NCBI GenBank assembly: GCA_964650305.1
Contig: CAZYST010000001.1
Location: 49,953-113,952 of the forward strand
Reading direction: 5' to 3'
DNA length: 64,000 nt
Source: an uncultured Lachnospiraceae bacterium
Lineage (GTDB): Bacteria > Bacillota > Clostridia > TANB77 > CAG-508
Below are positions 57,536 through 64,000 of the stretch, in pieces. The notes under the pieces are model-generated. The model saw only the letters and a list, made by a program, of their open reading frames with translations, was not told the DNA's origin and did not search any database. Numbering within the stretch: the first letter of the stretch is position 1; each line of letters opens with the position of its first letter. A program made the translations under genes and the position numbers.

Positions 57536-58234
57536 CTATTTTTGTGTTTTAAAATTATAATTATTTTTCTTTGCATAAAAAAATGCTATACTACCTGAAA
57601 TAATATATGTAACCGAATATACTATTATAATAGTTTTTATATCTCCATTTAAAATTCTACTTCCAACTATTGTTGATGATATTACAGCTGGAAATCTTGC
57701 ACACAATGATATACCTAAAAACTTTTTAGTTGATATTGGCAATAAACTTCCTATGTATGTTAAAAAATCTTTTGGCAATATTGGTAAAAAATATAAAATA
57801 AATAGTGTCATTTCTACTTTTTTAGGATTATTATTTAAAATTTCTTCTACTTTGCTAAGCTTTTCTTCTGGCACTATATCTTTAACTAATTCTATTCCTT
57901 GTTTTTTTACAATATGTGATATAAAAAATGTACTTATTGCAATTCCTATATATATAACTACTATTCCTCCTATTGGACCATAACACATACCTGCTAAAAG
58001 TTCTATTGGTTCACCAGGAAGCATTACTACGAAAACTTTTAAAATTTCTAATGATATTATACATATCATACCTACAAATCCTAAATTTTCTAAAACTTTT
58101 TTAGCAAGTACTCTTCCTTCATCTGTAGAAATATTTTTAAATAATGGAAATAAAAAAATGCTAACAACTACAAATATAGTCACAGCCACAATAAAGGCTA
58201 TTTTTCTTATAGTTTTTATATTTTCTTTTTTCAT
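57536..58234 (-). CDS. TVP38/TMEM64 (DedA-superfamily) membrane protein
   Basis: ...MLPGEPIELLAGMCYGPIGG... and ..FILYFLPILPKDFLTYIGS.. motifs. Confidence 0.7.
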   Translation of the reverse strand: MKKENIKTIRKIAFIVAVTIFVVVSIFLFPLFKNISTDEGRVLAKKVLENLGFVGMICIISLEILKVFVVMLPGEPIELLAGMCYGPIGGIVVIYIGIAISTFFISHIVKKQGIELVKDIVPEEKLSKVEEILNNNPKKVEMTLFILYFLPILPKDFLTYIGSLLPISTKKFLGISLCARFPAVISSTIVGSRILNGDIKTIIIVYSVTYIISGSIAFFYAKKNNYNFKTQK

Positions 58235-58435
58235 ATTTCACACCTTCTTTTATTAAAAATATTTTTTATGATAATATCATATTTTTCTTTATTATTAAAG
58301 CTCAAATATCAAGTCTTAATATTTTTTTAATAATTAAGACTATACAAATTATTATAAAGTGTGCTAAAATTATAAAATAAACAAAGAAAATCTTTTTTAT
58401 ATATTTGTAAAAATATATTTTTTGGGGAGAATAAA

Positions 58436-58939
58436 ATGATAAAAAAAGATGAACAATCAGAAAATCAAATTGAAGAAGATATAAAAAAATTTGCAAATAT
58501 CGTATACACTATCGCATATGCAAACACTTCTTCAGTTTCAGATGCAGAAGACGTATTTCAAGATGTTTTTGTAAAATACTGTAAATATTTTAATAGATTA
58601 ACAGATGATATTCACAAAGAAAGATGGCTTAAAAAAGCAACAAAACATTCTGCTATTAATTTTAATAAGCACAAAAAATTAACTCAATGTTTAGAACTTG
58701 ACGAAAATATTTTAATAGATACTATGCAAGAAGTTGAAGAACCAAAAGTATCTCAACTAATAGATTATCTAAAAGATACTTATAAAGTCGTTCTTAAACT
58801 TTACTATTTAAATAATATGCATATTAAAGAAATTGGAAAAGAATTAGATATAACAGAAAGTGCTGTTAAAACAAGATTAAAAAGAGGCAGAAGAGAATTA
58901 AAAGAAATTTTAAATAAGGTTGGATTTTATTATGAATAA
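58436..58939 (+). CDS. ECF-type RNA polymerase sigma-70 factor
   Basis: 167 aa. Region 2 (AEDVFQDVFVKY...RWLKKATKHSAINF) and region 4 HTH (MHIKEIGKELDITESAVKTRLKRGR). Confidence 0.85.
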   Translation: MIKKDEQSENQIEEDIKKFANIVYTIAYANTSSVSDAEDVFQDVFVKYCKYFNRLTDDIHKERWLKKATKHSAINFNKHKKLTQCLELDENILIDTMQEVEEPKVSQLIDYLKDTYKVVLKLYYLNNMHIKEIGKELDITESAVKTRLKRGRRELKEILNKVGFYYE

Positions 58940-59963
58940 TAATTCAGATAACTTAATTAAAAATGAATGTAACCAAATAAAAAGTCAAATTAAACCTTCT
59001 GATGAACTTATTGATAAAACTATTTTAAAAGTGCGAAAAGTGCAAGAAGAACGTACATACAAAAAGCAAAAAACAAAAAAACTTTTAACAAAAGTTTTAG
59101 GTACTTTTACAACTGTAGTTATTTTAGCAGAAGGTGCTACTTTTGCATTTAAAAAGCAAACTTCTTTAGACATGCTTTTTTCAACTATTGATAAAGGTAT
59201 AGAAACTGCTCTTGAATATGGCAATATAAAAAACGTAGATATGGACTATATTGAAATTGAAAGCGGATTAAAGGTAAAAGCAGAATTTGCTTTAATAAAC
59301 GAATATAATTTTGATTTAGTTTTAAGATTTAGTGGAATTGAAGAATATTGTTCAAACACAAATATTAATAATATTAATCAAATTTTATTAAAAGACCTTG
59401 AAGTTACTGACAATTTTGAAAATTATTATACATTCTATACCATATCGCCAAATTATATATCATCATATTTAAGTGCATCTTCAGTAAAATTAGAAAATGA
59501 TGTTTATTATATATTGCATTGCTATAATGAAAATAATTCCTTTCCAGCAACTAATATTGAAAATATAAATATTTCTTTTTCAGAAATATCAATAGATAAT
59601 TATTATTTAAAACATGATATTAATTTTAATATTGAATTTAACAATTTAAATTTAGATAATAATTCAACAAATTTCGAAATTACAAATAAACCAGATTATA
59701 TAGAAAATTATAATATTGTTCTTTCAAGTACAAATCTTAAAGTAGAATTATTTTTTAATACATCTAGTTCGATCAACAAAGATTCTGTTTACTTAAAAGA
59801 TAATAATAGAAATATTTATTATCCTAATAATGATTTTAGATTTAGAGATGATTATATTTTATTTGTATTTCCTGTTAGTAATTATCAAGAAATAGAAAAA
59901 TTAAAATTAAATTTTGAAATAAATAATAATAAAGAAAAATTAAAACTTACAAAACAAAGCTAG
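58932..59963 (+). CDS. Putative anti-sigma factor (single-pass membrane protein)
   Basis: Overlaps the end of the sigma gene. Short cytoplasmic N-terminus, one TM (LGTFTTVVILAEGATFAF), and an N/Y-rich extracytoplasmic domain. Confidence 0.55.
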   Translation: MNNNSDNLIKNECNQIKSQIKPSDELIDKTILKVRKVQEERTYKKQKTKKLLTKVLGTFTTVVILAEGATFAFKKQTSLDMLFSTIDKGIETALEYGNIKNVDMDYIEIESGLKVKAEFALINEYNFDLVLRFSGIEEYCSNTNINNINQILLKDLEVTDNFENYYTFYTISPNYISSYLSASSVKLENDVYYILHCYNENNSFPATNIENINISFSEISIDNYYLKHDINFNIEFNNLNLDNNSTNFEITNKPDYIENYNIVLSSTNLKVELFFNTSSSINKDSVYLKDNNRNIYYPNNDFRFRDDYILFVFPVSNYQEIEKLKLNFEINNNKEKLKLTKQS

Positions 59964-59990
59964 GATAAAATCCTAGCTTTGCTATTATAG

Positions 59991-60009
59991 TGAGAAACAG
60001 CAAAAATAT
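59991..60009. repeat. Left arm of a perfect 19-bp inverted repeat bracketing ORF 60047..60529
   Basis: tgagaaacagcaaaaatat is the exact reverse complement of 60555-60573. Confidence 0.95.
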
Positions 60010-60046
60010 TATTACTAACTATTTTTTATTGTTTCAATTTTTAAAT

Positions 60047-60529
60047 TTACTGCCAAGTATAATATGTTACAGTTGCTTTAATTGTGGCACCTGTAAAATT
60101 AAATACTCTTATAATGTAGGTGCTTTCTGCATTTAAGGAAATCCAATCTTCTTTTTGGGTTGTTCCATCTGGATTGATATACACCGATCTAATGATTTCA
60201 CCATCATCATAAAAATTGGTAAGGAATTTTCCTGTTGCCACACCACTTGTAACTACAGCTTTTGTTTCAAATGCTGCATAATTATACATCGTAGCAAAGC
60301 ACGCAGCCATAATTTCTGCACCATTTTCCATTTCTTTTTCTCTCTGATCCCATAATTGTGGAGATACTCCATCATCTTCTTCAATAGGGGGAATTTCAAT
60401 TTCAACTACATGAACTTCCGCATTTTCTGGGATACCTTCTGGCCAATCGCTTTCTGATGCAAAAGCAGTACACGGCATAATCATTGTAACAATCATCAGA
60501 ATAGCTAAAAATACACTCATTTTTTTCAT
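60047..60529 (-). CDS. Small secreted protein (signal peptide ...CTAFA|SES), GC-elevated
   Basis: 160 aa. AGGAGG RBS 8 nt before the ATG. Beta-rich C-terminal half. Confidence 0.7.
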   Translation of the reverse strand: MKKMSVFLAILMIVTMIMPCTAFASESDWPEGIPENAEVHVVEIEIPPIEEDDGVSPQLWDQREKEMENGAEIMAACFATMYNYAAFETKAVVTSGVATGKFLTNFYDDGEIIRSVYINPDGTTQKEDWISLNAESTYIIRVFNFTGATIKATVTYYTWQ

Positions 60530-60554
60530 ACTGCATACCTCCTAAAATGTTTAT

Positions 60555-60573
60555 ATATTTTTGCTGTTTCTCA
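60555..60573. repeat. Right arm of the 19-bp inverted repeat (11 nt upstream of the RBS)
   Basis: atatttttgctgtttctca. Confidence 0.95.
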
Positions 60574-60713
60574 AACTACTCTTTGTTCACTCTTAAACAT
60601 AATTATGAGTATTAATGAACTTAGAGTAAAATTAATTAGTTACACAATAATATTATCAAAATTCAAATTAATTTTGGAAAAATATTACTTTTTTTCAGTA
60701 AAATATTTTTAAT

Positions 60714-60760
60714 TTAAAAAAGTGATAAGTCATTCAAAAAATAATTTATCACTTTTTTCG
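60714..60760 (-). terminator. Terminator-like hairpin after ORF 60782..61372
   Basis: 9-bp stem aagtgataa/ttatcactt (60720-60754) with a 17-nt loop, flanked by A- and T-runs. Confidence 0.5.
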
Positions 60761-60781
60761 TTATTTTATAATCAAAAAATT

Positions 60782-61372
60782 TTATAAATTAGGTTTTTCA
60801 ACATCTTCATCTTTTACAATACCTTCTAACATATAAGATGAGTATTGATAAATTTGTAATTCTTTTAACATACTTACTGTATGTACTACAAATCCTGTAT
60901 CTTTATTTACTATTTTTCTATCTCTTCGAAGATTTATCACATAACAATCATTAATAGTGTTTATGTATCTAAAAATATTTGATTTTATTGCCTCTTCGAA
61001 AGTTGCTTCTTCAAATAATAATTTAAAATCACCATCTTCTAAATTAGGATTTTCACTAAATACTGGTTCCCTTTTCTGGTATGTTCCATCATCTGCAAGT
61101 TCATATTCAATAAATTCTTGTGTATTTAAATTTCCCCACATCAATGTAAGCATTTTTCCATTTTGAGAAAATTTATAATTGTATTTACCATCTTTATATA
61201 AAATTTCATATTCTTGAATATAATTGTCACCTATTTTATGAATTACTTTTGTATATAAATTAGTTGCATTTTCTAGGAATCCGTCTGTTTCGTTATAAAT
61301 TTCTTTTAAAATTTTATAATTTCTAAAAAAATTTAATCCAAATAAAATTAATAGCACCACTAAAATTATCAA
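60782..61372 (-). CDS. Membrane-anchored hypothetical protein
   Basis: 196 aa from a TTG start. The GGGAGGG RBS lies 34 nt upstream and only ATA/ATT codons are at RBS distance, so the start is uncertain. Confidence 0.5.
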   Translation of the reverse strand: MIILVVLLILFGLNFFRNYKILKEIYNETDGFLENATNLYTKVIHKIGDNYIQEYEILYKDGKYNYKFSQNGKMLTLMWGNLNTQEFIEYELADDGTYQKREPVFSENPNLEDGDFKLLFEEATFEEAIKSNIFRYINTINDCYVINLRRDRKIVNKDTGFVVHTVSMLKELQIYQYSSYMLEGIVKDEDVEKPNL

Positions 61373-61487
61373 ACTAGTTTTTAAAATCTTATTTTTTATT
61401 TTATTCCCTCCCTTTTATATTATACATCTAAATTATATAGATTACTATATACTTTTATAAAGGAGAATGAAAAAACTCATCCCCCGC

Positions 61488-61503
61488 AAATTAAATGCAC
61501 ACA
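61488..61503. repeat. Left arm of a perfect 16-bp inverted repeat bracketing ORF 61531..61968
   Basis: aaattaaatgcacaca is the exact reverse complement of 61990-62005. Confidence 0.95.
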
Positions 61504-61530
61504 ATAAAATAATTGCTATGTTTTCAATTC

Positions 61531-61968
61531 TTAATTTACAAAATTACATGTAAGTTGAGATAAGGTACAATTAGATGGAGACACTCTTAATGTAACAGTA
61601 TAAGTACCACTTGGAAGGGTTACTCCCATTTTTTCATTATAAGTACCTCCATCACAAACAAAAGAAAGTGAATACACTGTATTGGTGGAATTGTTTTTGA
61701 AGTTAAAAACATATACTCCAGAATTTCCTTTTGAGAGAACACCTGTATAACTCTTAGTAGTTGAATTTATTTTTGCATCTTTACTAAGTGTTACTGTAAG
61801 TGATGAAGTATTTGTTTTCCAAACAAATCCATTTGTAGACCTTGCTTGCTCATACGTTGATTGCATTTCTTTTGTTTCATTTTCCATTGCAAATGCAACA
61901 TTCGAAAACGTGCAAATGCACATAATTGATACTAAACACATACAAATTGTTTTTCTTAAAATTGTCAT
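61531..61968 (-). CDS. Small secreted protein (signal peptide ...NVAFA|MEN), GC-elevated
   Basis: AGGAGG RBS 6 nt before ATG 61968 (MTILRKTICM...). T/S/N-rich beta protein. Confidence 0.7.
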   Translation of the reverse strand: MTILRKTICMCLVSIMCICTFSNVAFAMENETKEMQSTYEQARSTNGFVWKTNTSSLTVTLSKDAKINSTTKSYTGVLSKGNSGVYVFNFKNNSTNTVYSLSFVCDGGTYNEKMGVTLPSGTYTVTLRVSPSNCTLSQLTCNFVN

Positions 61969-61989
61969 AATATTCCTCCTGTTCATGTA

Positions 61990-62005
61990 TGTGTGCATTT
62001 AATTT
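61990..62005. repeat. Right arm of the 16-bp inverted repeat (10 nt upstream of the RBS)
   Basis: tgtgtgcatttaattt. Confidence 0.95.
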
Positions 62006-62273
62006 TCTTCTTTGTACATCATAAATATTCTTTTATGATAACAAAAGAAGTTTGTTCATAAAACTTATACCATATGAACACTTATATTATACACCTATAT
62101 TTTTTTGATGCACAAAATATTACTTTTTTCAACAAAGTATTTTAAATTTTTAAAAACAATAAATTATTTTTTGAATAATTTGTCACTTTTTTCGTTATTA
62201 TGTAATTATAATATGAAAATAATAAAAAAGATGCATTAATTAATTTAATACATCTTTTTAACAAAGGAGGCTT

Positions 62274-63227
62274 TTACATTCCAGGCATTGATGGCATTTG
62301 CATTCCTTCTGGTTTCATACCACCACCCATATTTTCTTTAAAATCTCTATTTCCTTTTTCAAAATTCATTCCACCACTAAAGTTATTTGTTGATGTTTTC
62401 TCTGTTTCTATCATTTGTACACTTTCATTTCCAGTTAATCCAGATTTTATTTCTGTGTATGCATCATTTGATATTCCTGTTTCAACATTTACGTTTTCTG
62501 TTTTTCCATCTTTTACAACAACTACGTAGCTTTGATCATTTGCAGTTTGAATTGCTTCATTTGGTACAGCTATTACATTTTCTGCCTTTTCTACAATTAT
62601 TTCACAAGTAGCAGACATTCCTATTTTTAAATTTCCATTATTTTCAAATGTAACTGTAGCTGTAAAATATGAACCACTTGAACTATATGTTCCTATTTCA
62701 GATATTTTGGTTATATATCCAGTTATTTTTTCATTATTTGCTGAAAGTGTTATATCTACTTCATCACCAATTTCTACTTTATTAATATCAGTTTCGCTAA
62801 TACTTAAACTCATACATAAAGTATCTATTGATTGAATTTCTATATAATGTTCTGATGTACATATTTCATCTTCATTAGGTAAATTACTAGATATTAATAC
62901 ACAATCATATGGTGCTGTTAGATATGTTCCATTTGTATATTCTATAATATTTGTTCCCTCTTCTATAAACAAATTTTCTTCAATTAATAATTCTTCAAAA
63001 TAATATGAAGCATGTAATTTTACTTTTTCATCTAATTCTGAAGATATTTGCCCAGAATTTGATAATGTATTTTCAATAGTTGTTGTTATTGCATTTACTG
63101 TTTTTATATTTGTATTATCTGCCTCTTCTTGATTAGTTGTTGGTTTAAAATATAAAAATAACATTATACATAAAATTAATATTAAAACTATAATTACAAA
63201 AACAATTGGATTTTTTTTCTTATTCAT
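62274..63227 (-). CDS. Efflux-pump periplasmic adaptor (HlyD/MacA-like membrane fusion protein)
   Basis: 317 aa with an N-terminal TM. Beta-barrel region ...IIVEKAENVIAVPNEAIQT...SYVVVVKDGKTENVNVETGISNDAYTEIKSGL. Gly/Met-rich tail. Confidence 0.7.
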   Translation of the reverse strand: MNKKKNPIVFVIIVLILILCIMLFLYFKPTTNQEEADNTNIKTVNAITTTIENTLSNSGQISSELDEKVKLHASYYFEELLIEENLFIEEGTNIIEYTNGTYLTAPYDCVLISSNLPNEDEICTSEHYIEIQSIDTLCMSLSISETDINKVEIGDEVDITLSANNEKITGYITKISEIGTYSSSGSYFTATVTFENNGNLKIGMSATCEIIVEKAENVIAVPNEAIQTANDQSYVVVVKDGKTENVNVETGISNDAYTEIKSGLTGNESVQMIETEKTSTNNFSGGMNFEKGNRDFKENMGGGMKPEGMQMPSMPGM

Positions 63228-63279
63228 AATAATTCCTTTTTATATTTATTTAGATTTTTGGGATATATCTATAAACCTC

Positions 63280-63996
63280 TTATTTTTTTGTTACATAAAT
63301 TCTATAAACTCTTTCACTACCATCATCTGCTGTAACTGTTATTATAATTTTATTTTTACCTGTCTTTATTGATGTATTTCCATATATTGTTACAACAGCA
63401 CTTGTATCTTCTGGTTTTGCTGTTATGCTTACACTTTCTACGTTACTTTCTACATCTGCAAAATATGTTGTTGTTGTCTTTTTAAATGTATTTTTAAAAT
63501 CATATCCTACTATTTTTAATTCTTTTAAATAATTATTTTGTGAACCTTGGTATTTTACTGTATTTTGAAGTGATGATATTTTTGTATTTGCTTCTGTTAA
63601 ATCATCTTCCATTTTTTTCATCATTTCTTTCATACTAGCAAATTCTTTTTCTTGTTTCATCATTCCATCTTTATCTTTTATAGCACCTAATATGTCTTTA
63701 TCTTCAAAGCCTTCTTTATCACCAAAAAAATCTTTTTTATCCTCATTTTCATTCACATTATTATCTATTACATTTCCTATCAAATTTCCTATTACATTAT
63801 TTGTAGGAGAAAATTCTATATTATTTTTTGATACATTAATAATTATTTCCTCTTCTACATAATCTGTTTCGATTGTTTCTGTTCCTATTATTTCATTAAC
63901 AATTTCATTATCTATAACATTTTGAGATATTATTGGCTTATCCTCTAATTTTATTATTTTTATAACAAACTTCACATTAGTTTCTTGGTCAGGCAT
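63280..63996 (-). CDS. Protein with a C-terminal cadherin-like beta-sandwich domain (5' end probably beyond the window)
   Basis: ...NYLKELKIVGYDFKNTFKKTTTTYFADV...VTADDGSERVYRIYVTKK pattern. The ORF is open to the window edge. Confidence 0.5.
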   Translation of the reverse strand: MPDQETNVKFVIKIIKLEDKPIISQNVIDNEIVNEIIGTETIETDYVEEEIIINVSKNNIEFSPTNNVIGNLIGNVIDNNVNENEDKKDFFGDKEGFEDKDILGAIKDKDGMMKQEKEFASMKEMMKKMEDDLTEANTKISSLQNTVKYQGSQNNYLKELKIVGYDFKNTFKKTTTTYFADVESNVESVSITAKPEDTSAVVTIYGNTSIKTGKNKIIITVTADDGSERVYRIYVTKK

Positions 63997-64000
63997 TGTA

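Noticed and set aside
57410-58496. Small ORFs 57410..57598 (+) and 58302..58496 (-) in AT-rich intergenic DNA
   Set aside because: They give F/I/L/K-rich translations typical of random AT-rich sequence. They have no RBS and overlap promoter regions of the neighbouring genes.

Overview
This is a very AT-rich segment (roughly 25% GC by eye) that looks like a Firmicutes/Clostridia-like chromosome. No database searches were run. All calls rest on motifs read from the ORF translations and on manual inspection of the DNA.

Layout:
1. Positions 1-14.3 kb hold a minus-strand dcw cell-division cluster (mraZ, rsmH, ftsL, class B PBP ... murE, mraY, ftsW, murG). It lacks murF and murD, and is split by a ~5.9 kb insert. 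The insert carries two orphan genes and a TasA/BsaA-type fibre operon flanked by two sipW signal-peptidase genes.
2. Positions 14-24.9 kb are mostly housekeeping and miscellaneous genes.
3. Positions 25-32 kb hold a 1451-aa soluble fusion (Cys-cluster modules, three AAA-like modules, FtsH-type M41 protease) next to clpB. The clpB promoter overlaps a CIRCE operator.
4. Positions 32.4-50.5 kb are an accessory/defence region. It contains a small-ORF/Fic pair and a decayed integrative element (RepA_N initiator, Xis-like HTH, HTH-Fic, unknown three-gene cassette, frameshifted tyrosine integrase). It also contains an ApeA-like HEPN gene and a complete type II-C CRISPR-Cas locus: cas9-cas1-cas2, 22 identical 36-nt repeats plus one degenerate repeat, an extended -10 box inside every repeat, and a predicted tracrRNA. 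A single GC-rich foreign gene sits divergent from cas9.
5. Positions 50.5-64 kb hold envelope genes (mscL with a zinc ribbon, mtgA, DUF368, TVP38/DedA-like) and an ECF sigma/anti-sigma pair. They are followed by two small secreted-protein genes, each bracketed by a perfect 16-19 bp inverted repeat at equivalent positions.

The inverted-repeat-bracketed cassettes, the giant AAA-M41 fusion, the GC-rich gene beside cas9 and the three-gene cassette are the best candidates for undescribed biology.
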